Counted from the stretch's first letter, positions 28,914 to 38,650 are shown. The stretch: 64,000 bases of DNA from an uncultured Acidimicrobiales bacterium (GCA_963811775.1 CAWESO010000019.1:122819-186818), one strand, 5' to 3'. Numbers and translations are program-made. Notes: generated by a model from the letters alone, not told the origin.

Positions 28914-28942
28914 CCGCCACCGGACCGCCTCCGGACCGGTCG

Positions 28943-29608
28943 TCAGGACTCCAGGTACCGGAGCACGGCCAGGACCCGGCGGTGGTCGGACTGCGACACC
29001 GGCAGGTCGAGCTTGGTGAAGATGCTGGCGACGTGCTTCTCGACCGCACCCTCGGAGACCACGAGGGCGCCGGCGATGGCCGCGTTGGAGCGCCCCTCGG
29101 CCATGAGCGACAGCACCTCACGCTCGCGGGCGCTCAGCACCGAGATCGACCCGGTGCGCCGGGACGCCCCCATGAGCTGGGTCACGACCTCGGGGTCAAG
29201 GGCGGTCCCCCCCGACGCCACCCGCACGAGGGCTTCCACGAAGTCGCTCACGTCGGCGACGCGGTCCTTGAGCAGATAGCCCACGCCGGTGGCGTCGTCG
29301 GCCAGCAGCTGGGCGGCGTAGCGCGTCTCGATGTACTGCGAGAACATGAGGATCCCCAGTCCGGGGTGCTCCTTGCGCAATTCGATGGCGACCCGCAGTC
29401 CCTCGTCGGTGAACGTCGGTGGCATGCGGATGTCGACCACGGCGACGTCGGGGCGCTGGCGCTCGACCGATCGGCGCAGGGCGTCGGCGTCGCCCACGGC
29501 GTCGGTGATGACGAACCCCCGGTCCACCAGGAGCTGGACGAGACCGTCGCGCAGGATGGCCGAGTCCTCGGCCAGGGCGATGCGCAGAGGGTGGATGGAC
29601 TGGTTCAT
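28943..29608 (-). CDS. LuxR/NarL-family two-component response regulator
   Basis: ORF track, 221 aa. REC domain (VAVVDIRMPPTFTDEG) plus a C-terminal HTH_LuxR domain (LSAREREVLSLMAEGRSNAAIAGALVVSEGAVEKHV). Confidence 0.95.
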   Translation of the reverse strand: MNQSIHPLRIALAEDSAILRDGLVQLLVDRGFVITDAVGDADALRRSVERQRPDVAVVDIRMPPTFTDEGLRVAIELRKEHPGLGILMFSQYIETRYAAQLLADDATGVGYLLKDRVADVSDFVEALVRVASGGTALDPEVVTQLMGASRRTGSISVLSAREREVLSLMAEGRSNAAIAGALVVSEGAVEKHVASIFTKLDLPVSQSDHRRVLAVLRYLES

Positions 29609-29656
29609 CTCGTCGTCGATCTCGTCGTCTATCGCGTCGTCGATCTCGTCGTCGAT
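29609..29656. repeat. 12-bp x4 tandem repeat that exactly fills the gap between the kinase stop and the regulator start
   Basis: ctcgtcgtcgat / ctcgtcgtctat / cgcgtcgtcgat / ctcgtcgtcgat. On the minus strand this reads IDDE IDDA IDDE IDDE, in frame with both the TAG (29659-29657) and the ATG (29608). Confidence 0.9.
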
Positions 29657-31063
29657 CTAGGCGTGCAGGGGGAGGTCCACGGTCACGACGGTGGGCCCCC
29701 CGACCGGGCTCGTGATGCTGAGGCGTCCGTCGACGGCGTGCACGCGGTCGGTCAGGCCCGACAGCCCGCTCGACGAGGACCCGAGCTTCGAGAGCTGGGC
29801 CCCGCCCTTGCCGTCGTCGCGCACCACCAGCCGCAGCCACTGGGCGTACTGGGCGCACGAGATGGTGGCCCGCGACGCCTCGGCGTGCTGGGCCACGTTG
29901 GCCAGGAGCTCGGCCACACAGAAGTAGGCGATGGCCTCGATGGCGGGCGTGGGCCGGTCGACGAGGGCCAGGGTGATCTCGGCGGGGACGGTGGAGCGCG
30001 CCGCCAACGTCGACAGCGCGCCCTCGAGGCCGACGTCGAGAGCGGGAGGGTGGATGCCCCGGGCCAGGTCGCGCAGCTCGACCAACGCCTCCTTCACGCC
30101 CCGGTGGGCGTCGTCGACCAGGGCCCGCACCTGGTGCAGGTACACGCCGTCGTCGTCGGCCAGCTTCTCCTTGGCCATCCCCAACCGCATGGCCAGCGCC
30201 ACCAGCTGGGCTTGCGTGCCGTCGTGGAGGTCGCGCTCGATGCGGCGCAGGGTGGCGGCCGACGCGTCGACGGTCTGCGCCCGGGCGTGCTCGAGCGAGC
30301 GCACCCGCATCGTGATGGAGTCCGGCGCCAGCAGGGCGCGCATGAGGCGACGGTCGAGGTAGACGGCGACCCGCACGGCCCACGGCGCGGCGAAGAGCAG
30401 GACGACGCCGGTGACGAAGATCCCGATCCCGTGGAAGAAGCCCGACGTGCCGACCGACAGGTACCCGGGGGGAAAGAGGTTGCGCACCAGGCCGAACTCC
30501 GGCGGCTGTGCCCCTCCACCGTTGCCTCCTTTCCACAAGGGCCAGGTGAGACAGCTGAACGCGTCCCACCACACGCTGAAGGCGACGTAGATGCTGACGA
30601 ACGCCAACGGGACCTTGACGACGATGTAGGCCATGGCCCGCCACCCGGTCCGGTCACGCAACGCGGCTTGCAGCCATCCCAGGAACCCCGGGCGCGCCGC
30701 GAAGGCGTCGGGCTCCTCGATGTCCTCGTCAATCAGGCCGCGGGCCAGGCCCCGGTGCAGCCCGCCGATCCCCCGGGAGCCGCGCACCGACGCCGCCATG
30801 ACCACGATGCCGATGAAGGTGACGGCGAGGAACGCGCCAGCGGCCATGGTCCCGACGACGAAGGCCAGGCCCAGCGCGGCGAGGGGCGCCCCCGTGACGA
30901 GGAACAACAGCTCCGACCAGCTGCGCCGGGTGAAGGGCTCGCGCCAGATGGTGTGGGCGAGCTCCTTGGCCTGCTCGGCGCGCTCCTCGGAGACGGCGAT
31001 CACGAGGTCACGGCCCCACACCCGCATGTGCACCCCGGAGTCACTCATCTCACCCTGCATCAT
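29657..31063 (-). CDS. Sensor histidine kinase (N-terminal multi-TM 'putative sensor' domain, HisKA_3, HATPase_c)
   Basis: ORF track, 468 aa. H-box RRIERDLHDGTQAQLVAL. The ATGA overlaps the permease gene (31063/31060). Confidence 0.9.
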   Translation of the reverse strand: MMQGEMSDSGVHMRVWGRDLVIAVSEERAEQAKELAHTIWREPFTRRSWSELLFLVTGAPLAALGLAFVVGTMAAGAFLAVTFIGIVVMAASVRGSRGIGGLHRGLARGLIDEDIEEPDAFAARPGFLGWLQAALRDRTGWRAMAYIVVKVPLAFVSIYVAFSVWWDAFSCLTWPLWKGGNGGGAQPPEFGLVRNLFPPGYLSVGTSGFFHGIGIFVTGVVLLFAAPWAVRVAVYLDRRLMRALLAPDSITMRVRSLEHARAQTVDASAATLRRIERDLHDGTQAQLVALAMRLGMAKEKLADDDGVYLHQVRALVDDAHRGVKEALVELRDLARGIHPPALDVGLEGALSTLAARSTVPAEITLALVDRPTPAIEAIAYFCVAELLANVAQHAEASRATISCAQYAQWLRLVVRDDGKGGAQLSKLGSSSSGLSGLTDRVHAVDGRLSITSPVGGPTVVTVDLPLHA

Positions 31064-31902
31064 GCGTCACGGCGCACGAGCACCGCCCTCCCCACGCCGA
31101 GGACGACGGCGGTGTACAGGGCCATCACGAGGAAGCCGGTCGTGGCCGAGAGCTGGCCCGGCTGTGGCACGACGGCGGCGACGGAGTTGGCCAGGATCGA
31201 CTCGGGGGCGAATCGGGAAGGATTGTCCGGCAGGGACTGGAGCAGGATGGGCAGGAGCAAGGTGCATCCCACGAAGGTGGCGATGGCCCCCGAGGTGTGG
31301 CGGATGATCAGGCCCAACCCGAGGCCGAACAACGCCAGCAGGGCCAGGTAGGCCCCGGTCAGCACCACGGCGCGCAGCACGCCGGGCTGGCCGATCGTCG
31401 CCGACGGCGCCTTGCCCGACAGGATGCCCTGCCCGGTGAAGAAGCACGTGAAGGTCAGCACCTCCCCGACGACGAGGCAGATGGCGCCGACGACGGCGAC
31501 CTTGGCCCCGAGCAGCAACGACCGACGCGGGGTGGCCGACAGCGACGAGCGGATCGTCCCCGTGGCGTACTCCCCGGTGACGGCGAGCGCGCCGATCACG
31601 CCCACGATCAGCGACGCCAAGGCGATGCCGGACAGGGCGTTGTTGGTGGGGTCGAAGCCCCCGAAGTCGCGGTTGTTGCGGCCGGCCGTGTGGGAGGTGA
31701 CGAGCACGGTGACGACCACGGCGCCGATCACCATGGCGGCCAGCATCAGCGAGGTCGACCGCAGCGAGCGGAGCTTGGTCAGCTCGGCCCGCATGGCCTG
31801 CACGGCGCCGTAGCGCCCGGCGCCGGGGGCGACCCCGGGTCTCTCCGCCGGGGCCCGGGAGTCGTCCGGTCTGTCTCCGGCGGTGGTGCCCATGTCGATC
31901 AC
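31060..31902 (-). CDS. ABC-2 type exporter permease
   Basis: ORF track, 280 aa. Six hydrophobic helices. It lies directly downstream of the DrrA-like ATPase. Confidence 0.8.
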   Translation of the reverse strand: MIDMGTTAGDRPDDSRAPAERPGVAPGAGRYGAVQAMRAELTKLRSLRSTSLMLAAMVIGAVVVTVLVTSHTAGRNNRDFGGFDPTNNALSGIALASLIVGVIGALAVTGEYATGTIRSSLSATPRRSLLLGAKVAVVGAICLVVGEVLTFTCFFTGQGILSGKAPSATIGQPGVLRAVVLTGAYLALLALFGLGLGLIIRHTSGAIATFVGCTLLLPILLQSLPDNPSRFAPESILANSVAAVVPQPGQLSATTGFLVMALYTAVVLGVGRAVLVRRDA

Positions 31903-31934
31903 GGCGGGTCCTTTCTCCCTGCGTCTCGTGTGTT

Positions 31935-32936
31935 TCAGCGCGACGGTCTCGACGTGCTGCCGGCACCTGCGCCCACCCCGGCACCCACTCCGGCACCCAC
32001 CCCTGCGCCCGCGCCGGCACCTGCGCCCACCCCGACGGTGCTCTGGAACTCCACGGCGTCCTGCGTGAGCTCCATGAATGCGTCTTCGAGCGAGGCCTTC
32101 TGGGGCGAGAGCTCGTGCATGGTGAGGACGCGCTGGGCGGCGAGCTCGCCGATCTCGGCGGAGGTCATGCCCGACGCCCGGATCGAGCCGTCGTCGTCCA
32201 TCGTCACCTGGGCTCCTGCGTGGAGCAGGGCCGAGACGAAGGGCTCGGCCATGGGGCTGACGATGCGCACGGTGTCGTGCGCGCTCTGGGACGTGAACTC
32301 GCTCACGCCCGTCTCGGCGATCAGCCGGCCACGGCCGATCACGACCAGTCGCTCGGCGGTGAGCGACATCTCGTTGATCAGGTGGCTCGAGACGAGCACC
32401 GTCCGGCCCTCGGCGGCGAGGTCGCGCAGCAGGTAGCGGGCCCAGCGGATCCCCTCGGGATCGAGCCCGTTGATGGGCTCGTCGAACAGGAGCACCCCGG
32501 GGTCACCCAACAGGGCGCTGGCGATCCCGAGGCGTTGGCCCATGCCGAGCGAGTACCGGCCGGCGCGCTGATGGGCGACGGCGGTTAGGCCCACGATGTC
32601 GAGGACCTCGTCGATGCGGGACCGGGGGATGTCGTTGGTCTGGGCCAGAAAGAGAAGGTGGTTGTAGGCGCTGCGAGCGGGATGGAAGGCTTTGGCGTCG
32701 AGCAGGGCGCCGGCTTCTCGCTGTGGCCATCGCAGTTCGGCGAACCGTTTGCCGTTGATCAGGGCGGTCCCCGACGTCGGGTTGTCGAGGCTCATGATCA
32801 TGCGCATGGTGGTCGACTTCCCCGACCCGTTCGGGCCCAGGAACCCGGTCACCACCCCCGGGGTCACCTCGAAGCTGAGGTCGTCGACGGCCAGTGTGCG
32901 CCGGTATCGCTTCGTCAGGGCTCGAGCAACGATCAC
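31935..32936 (-). CDS. ABC transporter ATP-binding protein (DrrA/ABC-2 type) with a (GAGV)n C-terminal tail
   Basis: ORF track, 333 aa. Walker A GPNGSGKST, signature YSLGMGQRL, Walker B VLLFDEP. The tail reads VGVGAGAGAGAGVGAGVGAGVGAGAG. Confidence 0.9.
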   Translation of the reverse strand: MIVARALTKRYRRTLAVDDLSFEVTPGVVTGFLGPNGSGKSTTMRMIMSLDNPTSGTALINGKRFAELRWPQREAGALLDAKAFHPARSAYNHLLFLAQTNDIPRSRIDEVLDIVGLTAVAHQRAGRYSLGMGQRLGIASALLGDPGVLLFDEPINGLDPEGIRWARYLLRDLAAEGRTVLVSSHLINEMSLTAERLVVIGRGRLIAETGVSEFTSQSAHDTVRIVSPMAEPFVSALLHAGAQVTMDDDGSIRASGMTSAEIGELAAQRVLTMHELSPQKASLEDAFMELTQDAVEFQSTVGVGAGAGAGAGVGAGVGAGVGAGAGSTSRPSR

Positions 32937-32948
32937 GGGGTGACTCCT

Positions 32949-33020
32949 CTGTCTCGGTTGTCCCGGCTGGTTCGCCTGTCTCGGCTGGTTCGCGTGTCTC
33001 GGCTCGTTCGCCTGTCACGG
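32949..33020. repeat. 18-bp direct repeat x3.5 immediately upstream of the ABC operon start
   Basis: Units ctggttcgcctgtctcgg (32967-84), ctggttcgcgtgtctcgg (32985-33002) and ctcgttcgcctgtcacgg (33003-20), plus a partial unit 5' of them. The repeat lies 13-84 nt upstream of GTG 32936 on the minus strand. Confidence 0.85.
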
Positions 33021-33276
33021 GCGCCGCGCTTCAGCCGACCTCTTCAACCTAAGGAATCCGTCTCCCGGTGAACATCCTGCTAGCGGGCATCATTGGTTGG
33101 GGCTAGCCCCCCTTGCGCGGCTTGGAGGTGACCCCCTTCGTTGGCTTGGTCGGTGCCGTCGCCGCGGCGCTTCCGTGGTGCTTCTCTGGCGCTTCCGGGG
33201 TGCACCGGGGTCTGCGGAACGCGGGCTTTTCCGCCCGTCGGTGCAAGCGATCGGGGCAGCCGTGCGTGATAAGGAC

Positions 33277-33960
33277 ATGCAGGCCGATGTCGCCCCGCTG
33301 TGGGTTCAGGACCCCGCGCCGGGGGAGATCGGCACGGACGTCGGGGGACAGGTGGCGGCTGCGGATGGACGGCCGGACGGAGCGGGAGCCCCGGACGGGC
33401 TTGCCGGCGACGGTGCCGGCGTCGCCGCGCCCGCCGGAGCCTTCGGTGTGGACGCCGTGGGGGCGGCGGGCGACGCGGCTGTGACCGGGCGCGCCGGGGA
33501 CAGGAACTTCGACGACTTCTACCGGGCCCACTACGAGTCGCTCGTCCGGCTCGGCTACCTCCTGACGCTGTCGGAGGACGTCGCCCGCGATCTCGTCCAT
33601 GACGTGTTCGTCCGCGTCTACGGGAGATTCGACGGGCTCGAGGACCCCCTTCCCTATGTGCGTCGCTGCGTGGTCAACGCCAGCCGGTCGTGGCACCGGC
33701 GCCGCCAGCTGGAGTGGTCCAGGTCCCGCAGCGCCGAGCCGGCCCCCGACGTGGCCTTCGAAGCCGACGAGCTGTTCGACGTGCTGGCCCGGCTCCCGAG
33801 CCGCCAGCGTGCCGCCATCGTGCTGCGCTTCTACGAGCAGATGAGCGACAACGAGATCGCCGCGCTGCTGCACTGCCGGCCGGGGACCGTCGCCTCGCTC
33901 GTGCACCGCGGCTGTGCCCGCCTGCGCGGCGCCATGGCCGAACCCGGGGAGGAACGATGA
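33277..33960 (+). CDS. ECF-type RNA polymerase sigma-70 family factor
   Basis: 3' part of ORF 33097..33960. Region 2: FYRAHYESLVRLGYLLTLSEDVARDLVHDVF. Region 4: LPSRQRAAIVLRFYEQMSDNEIAALLHCRPGTVASLVHRG. The start is uncertain: ATG 33277 or GTG 33448/33481. The N-terminal stretch is low complexity. Confidence 0.8.
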   Translation: MQADVAPLWVQDPAPGEIGTDVGGQVAAADGRPDGAGAPDGLAGDGAGVAAPAGAFGVDAVGAAGDAAVTGRAGDRNFDDFYRAHYESLVRLGYLLTLSEDVARDLVHDVFVRVYGRFDGLEDPLPYVRRCVVNASRSWHRRRQLEWSRSRSAEPAPDVAFEADELFDVLARLPSRQRAAIVLRFYEQMSDNEIAALLHCRPGTVASLVHRGCARLRGAMAEPGEER

Positions 33961-36527
33961 ACGTCGGCCCACGTGACGGTTTCGAGGAGCGCCTCCGAGG
34001 CGCGCTGGCAAGGCGGGCGGCCGCGGTGTCGGCGCCGGCCGATGCAACCGCGCCGGGCGCCGTGGCGGCACGGGCCCGGTCCCGTCGCACCCGACGCCGA
34101 TGGGAAGCCGCCACCCTGGCCCTCGTGGTGGTGATGGCAGCCGGCGTCGGCGTGGCGGTCACGACGACCGGCGGCTCCCCCCGCCAGACCGCCGCCGGCC
34201 CCCACCTCGCGCCGGGGCAGCGGCTCGACCGTCACGACGGAGTCCTCGTCCTGCCGTTGTCGGGCACGGTGACCGAGGCCGCGCGCCGTGACTCGCTGCG
34301 CGGTGGGCCCGGGGGCCGTTCGTTCAAGGCGGTGAACGGGGCTGCGCCCGGCGTTTCGGGCGACGCTGAGGCGCCGGGTGCCGTGGCGGCGACGGGCATT
34401 CCCAGCCCCGCCAGCACGGTCCCCTCCGCCACGACACCGCCGACGGTCGGACCGATCGACGTGGCGCCCTCCGCTTCGGCGTCGCTCCAACGCCTCTTCG
34501 CCCACACCTCACCCGACGGGGTGCAGGCCACCGCCTTCGATCAACCCGGTGGCAGTGGTGACAGTGGTGACAGTGGTGACGGCGACGGCGTCTCGACCGT
34601 ACCCACCCCGCCACCCACCGTCGTGGGACCCGCCGAGACCGTCCCGGCTTCGGGGCCCGGCTCCCCGCCGGCCATCGTCTCCCCGCCGGCCATCGTCTCC
34701 CCGCCAGCCAACGTCGCCCCGACGGGTTCGGGCGCGGCGTCGGGTTCGGGCGGCGCGTCGGGTTTGGGCGCCTCGGGTTCGAGTGGCGCGTCGAGCTCGA
34801 GCGGGCCCGCCGTCCCGGTGACGCCCGTCGATCCCGTCAACCCGGGCTCACCGGGGTGTCTCACGACGACCCAGCTCACCGTGGAGATCTCCGACACGGC
34901 CGCGGTCGGCACGGTCACCGAGCCGCTGTTCAGCGGGGCCACGGGAGCGCTGGTGCAGGTGCAGGTGGGGGAGATCGGCAACGCCGAGGGCGCCCCGGCC
35001 ACATGGGTCATGGCCCAGGTCGGGACGGGCGCGGCCACAGTCGAGGTGCAGTTCGCGGACGGGACCATCGACCATGCCGCCGTGCCGGCCTCGGGTGTCG
35101 TGGTGCTCGGGCACAAGGGCGCCCCCGCCGACGCGCTCGGGAACGGGTCGGTGGCGGCCATCGACGTGCTCGACGCCAACAGCACGGTGCTGGCCGGCTA
35201 CGGCCTCGGCACCACGACCTCGGCCCCGTCGGACGGGAGCGCTCCGAGCAACCTGCCGGCCCCGGGGTCGGTGCAGCCCGCCGACCCCGCCGCGGCCGCC
35301 GCCGCGGTCAGTCGCGCCGTGGAAACGGCGCTCGGATGCCGCGCCTCGCCCCTGCAGCGGTTGCAGGCCGTGGCCGGTGGCGATCCCATCGAGGTCGTGC
35401 CGAGTTTCGGGGGCAGCGCGGTGGTCGACGTCGACAAGGTCGTGTTCACCTCGGCCACGACTGCGGTCGCGCAGTACCGCCTGGAGGCAGATGAGGGTCA
35501 GCAGAAGACCGGCCCCCAGTACGCGGCGGCTACGTTGCACGGCTCGACCTGGCAGCTGTCGCTCGCCTCGGTGGCCCCGGGGATCCAGGTCACCCCGGCC
35601 AACCAGGTGGGCAACGTGACCGTCGCCCCCGGCGGCCCGTTGTTCGTGCACAGCTGGCCCGGCGGGACCGCGGTGGCGGTGTACAAGGCGCTTCCCGGCT
35701 CGCAGTCGTCCCCGGGCTACGGCACCGGCGAGGCGGCGTGCACCCCCGCCGGGGGCATCGTGGAGGAGGTCACGACGCCCGATGCGGTCGGCGTCCTGAC
35801 CTCGGCGCTGTTCCCGACCTACAACACCCCGCTGATCTCCGCCGCGGTGTCGACGGTCGGTGGTGCCGAAGGGTCACCGGCCACCGTCGTCGACGTGGAG
35901 GTCGGTCCCCAAGCGTCGTCGGTGTCGGTCACGAGATCGGGGGGCACGGTGGCCGAGACGCCTGTCGACGGGGAGGCCGTGATCGTCCTCGCCGGCGCCC
36001 CGGCGGCAACGCTGGGCGGAGCGCAGTCTCAACTTCAGGTGAGCGACAGCACGGGCGCCGCCCTCGCCACCGTGTCGCTCCAGGTCGACGCGAACGCCCC
36101 GGCCGGCCCCGCGGCACTGCCGCCGTCGCTGCCCGCGGCGCCCCCGGCCCCGGGCCAGGCGCCCGCCGATCCCCAAGCGGCCACCGCCGCGATCACGGCG
36201 GCCTTCTCGTCGGTGTTCGACTGCAGCACGCCGCCCATCGCGCGGGTCGAGCAGATCCAGGACGGCAGCTTGGTGGCCGGCGCCCTCGAACAGCTCGACA
36301 CTGGCCCGTACGAAGCGCTGGCGTCGTCGACCTACATCGACGTCACCGGGATCGTGTTCGAGAGCCCCACGCTGGCCGATGTGTCGTACACATTGCTCTT
36401 CCACTCCGACGCTGGGCTCACGTTTCCGATGACCGGCCAGGCCATCGTGGTCGCCGGCAACTGGCGTGTGAGTTACGGCACCATCTGCGCGGCGATCCAG
36501 CTGGGACTGGGCAACTGCCAGACCTAG
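33957..36527 (+). CDS. Single-pass membrane protein co-transcribed with the ECF sigma factor (anti-sigma-like position). The large extracytoplasmic part carries an A-B-A-B domain duplication.
   Basis: 3' part of ORF 33690..36527. The ATG at 33957 overlaps the sigma stop (ATGA). The N-terminus reads MNVGPRDGFEERLRGALARRAA..., followed by the TM segment ATLALVVVMAAGVGVAVTT and Pro/Ser/Gly-rich linkers. Confidence 0.6.
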   Translation: MNVGPRDGFEERLRGALARRAAAVSAPADATAPGAVAARARSRRTRRRWEAATLALVVVMAAGVGVAVTTTGGSPRQTAAGPHLAPGQRLDRHDGVLVLPLSGTVTEAARRDSLRGGPGGRSFKAVNGAAPGVSGDAEAPGAVAATGIPSPASTVPSATTPPTVGPIDVAPSASASLQRLFAHTSPDGVQATAFDQPGGSGDSGDSGDGDGVSTVPTPPPTVVGPAETVPASGPGSPPAIVSPPAIVSPPANVAPTGSGAASGSGGASGLGASGSSGASSSSGPAVPVTPVDPVNPGSPGCLTTTQLTVEISDTAAVGTVTEPLFSGATGALVQVQVGEIGNAEGAPATWVMAQVGTGAATVEVQFADGTIDHAAVPASGVVVLGHKGAPADALGNGSVAAIDVLDANSTVLAGYGLGTTTSAPSDGSAPSNLPAPGSVQPADPAAAAAAVSRAVETALGCRASPLQRLQAVAGGDPIEVVPSFGGSAVVDVDKVVFTSATTAVAQYRLEADEGQQKTGPQYAAATLHGSTWQLSLASVAPGIQVTPANQVGNVTVAPGGPLFVHSWPGGTAVAVYKALPGSQSSPGYGTGEAACTPAGGIVEEVTTPDAVGVLTSALFPTYNTPLISAAVSTVGGAEGSPATVVDVEVGPQASSVSVTRSGGTVAETPVDGEAVIVLAGAPAATLGGAQSQLQVSDSTGAALATVSLQVDANAPAGPAALPPSLPAAPPAPGQAPADPQAATAAITAAFSSVFDCSTPPIARVEQIQDGSLVAGALEQLDTGPYEALASSTYIDVTGIVFESPTLADVSYTLLFHSDAGLTFPMTGQAIVVAGNWRVSYGTICAAIQLGLGNCQT

Positions 36528-36611
36528 TGGTGTGTCGCGAATTGGTGATCCGATCGAGGGTGGCTTGTCCGCGGGCGACCTTGTCGAAGATCTCGGCGGT
36601 AGTCTCGCGAA

Positions 36612-37160
<549 letters not shown>

Positions 37161-37486
37161 CCATCGGGCTTGCTGGCCCGAGCTGACCGCATCATGGAGC
37201 CCAGGTTCGGGGCCCTTGCGCCCCCCGCCGCAGCGGTTCCCTCCGCGGCGGCCTACAACAACGCCTTGCCTGGCGCACCTCCCGAGCCGGCGCGGTGTGC
37301 GGACGAGCAGCCCGCTCCAGCTCAGCTCACTGTCCACCCGTCATGTCAATAGCACCAGCCGCAGCCACCACCCCAGCCCCAGCCACCACCCACCTGCGCT
37401 ACGACAGACCACCGTTGAAGCGACACACCGCCAGGGATCGCCGAGGGCCTGGACTTGAGTCGGCCCGTGTCGTCGATGGTGCGGGC

Positions 37487-38155
37487 TCAGCTGCTCTGGT
37501 CGTTGTCGGCCTTGAACTGGTCCAGCGCCTCGGTCAGCGAGCTGTCCGCGTCCACGGTCGGGAAATCCTCCCTGGTGTTGAGGTGCGGGAAGGGCTCGTC
37601 GGGCACCGCCACCCCGAGGGCGTCGCACAGGGGCTTCCAGCCGTCACCGGCCTGCCAGTCGACGAGGTGCGACGCCGGCACCGAGGCCCGCACCTCGTCG
37701 TTGTGCCGCTCGTAGGCGGCCAGCGCCGAGTCCTTGTCCGTCCAGTCGGCGGTGAAGCGGGCCGAGGCCACGGCCCGCCACATCTCGAACCAGTCGGCCA
37801 TCTCGGGCGGGAGGTTCTCCCCGTCGATGGCGAAGATGGTCGAGCTGGCGCTCTCCCACCACGCCTCGCCGCTGCGCCGCGTCGACAGCACGACCACGGC
37901 GTCGGGGTTGGCCTCGCGCAGCTCGCGCCAGAACAGGCACGCCGGGAAGTCCGAGGTTGAGCCGTAGTCGCCGAGCACGACATCCCAGTCGACCTGTCCG
38001 CCCTCGCCCCCCCGGCGCCACTGCGCGATGTGCTCGGGATGGGAGAGGGTCTCGAGCATGTGGTAGCAGGGCTGCCCGGTCAGCTGCTCCAGTGCGGTCT
38101 TCAGAGACAGCGTGCCCGTCCGGCCGACGCCCGCGCCGATGACTTTCAACTCCAT
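37487..38155 (-). CDS. Sulfotransferase-family protein (Sulfotransfer_4-like)
   Basis: ORF track, 222 aa. N-terminal P-loop-like GAGVGRTGTLSLKTALEQL and the conserved ST..DFPA..FWRELREANPDAVVVLSTR pattern. Confidence 0.7.
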   Translation of the reverse strand: MELKVIGAGVGRTGTLSLKTALEQLTGQPCYHMLETLSHPEHIAQWRRGGEGGQVDWDVVLGDYGSTSDFPACLFWRELREANPDAVVVLSTRRSGEAWWESASSTIFAIDGENLPPEMADWFEMWRAVASARFTADWTDKDSALAAYERHNDEVRASVPASHLVDWQAGDGWKPLCDALGVAVPDEPFPHLNTREDFPTVDADSSLTEALDQFKADNDQSS

Positions 38156-38308
38156 GGTTTCCCGCCCCCAGTCACGGTCGGTCCCCCGACCGACGTGCGG
38201 GACAGGCTAACTGTCGTCGCTCGCTCCCGCGTGGGTGCCGCGTCATGGCTGGATCGCTCTGAACCGCTCCGTTGTGCGGGCCCAGTCCGCCTCGGCCCCG
38301 CGCCGGAT

Positions 38309-38644
38309 TCAGGTGTCGCCGAGGTCCTTGAGCAGCTTCTTGGGCGCCTTCAGGGCCCATGCGTCGGTGAGCAGCTCCTGCACCAGCACCTCTGTGGCCC
38401 GGTCCAGATCGACCACCACGCAGGCCAGCCGCCTTCCCCAGTAGTACTCGGCGCACGACTCGGGATTGGCGGCGACGGCGGCCCGGATCTCGACTTCGTC
38501 GACCATCACGCGCAGATGGGTGTCGTCGGGAACGGTGGCGAAGATCTTGCCGCGCACCCGAAACGAGCCCAGGTCATGGTGGTCCTGCTCGGTCGCCTCG
38601 GGAAGCGCCAGGGCGAGGTCGCGGGCCCGACCGAGCGAGATCAC
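38309..38644 (-). CDS. MmcQ/YjbR-family protein
   Basis: ORF track, 111 aa. Contains LPEATEQDHHDLGSFRVRGKIFATV. Confidence 0.7.
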   Translation of the reverse strand: MISLGRARDLALALPEATEQDHHDLGSFRVRGKIFATVPDDTHLRVMVDEVEIRAAVAANPESCAEYYWGRRLACVVVDLDRATEVLVQELLTDAWALKAPKKLLKDLGDT

Positions 38645-38650
38645 CGTCGG

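Noticed and set aside
29609-29656. Possible CRISPR arrays at the short tandem repeats (29609-29656, 32949-33020, 16171-16222, 4676-4729)
   Set aside because: The units are contiguous with no spacers, only 12-23 bp long and present in 2-4 copies. No cas genes are present.
28577-31351. 924-aa plus-strand ORF antisense to the response regulator, kinase and permease
   Set aside because: Same high-GC antisense artefact. The minus strand carries REC/HTH_LuxR and HisKA_3 motifs.
33040-33100. ECF-type autoregulated promoter (GGAAT / TGAAC -35-like elements) upstream of the sigma gene
   Set aside because: No convincing -10 (CGT/GTC) at the right spacing. The sigma start codon itself is uncertain, so no promoter is called.
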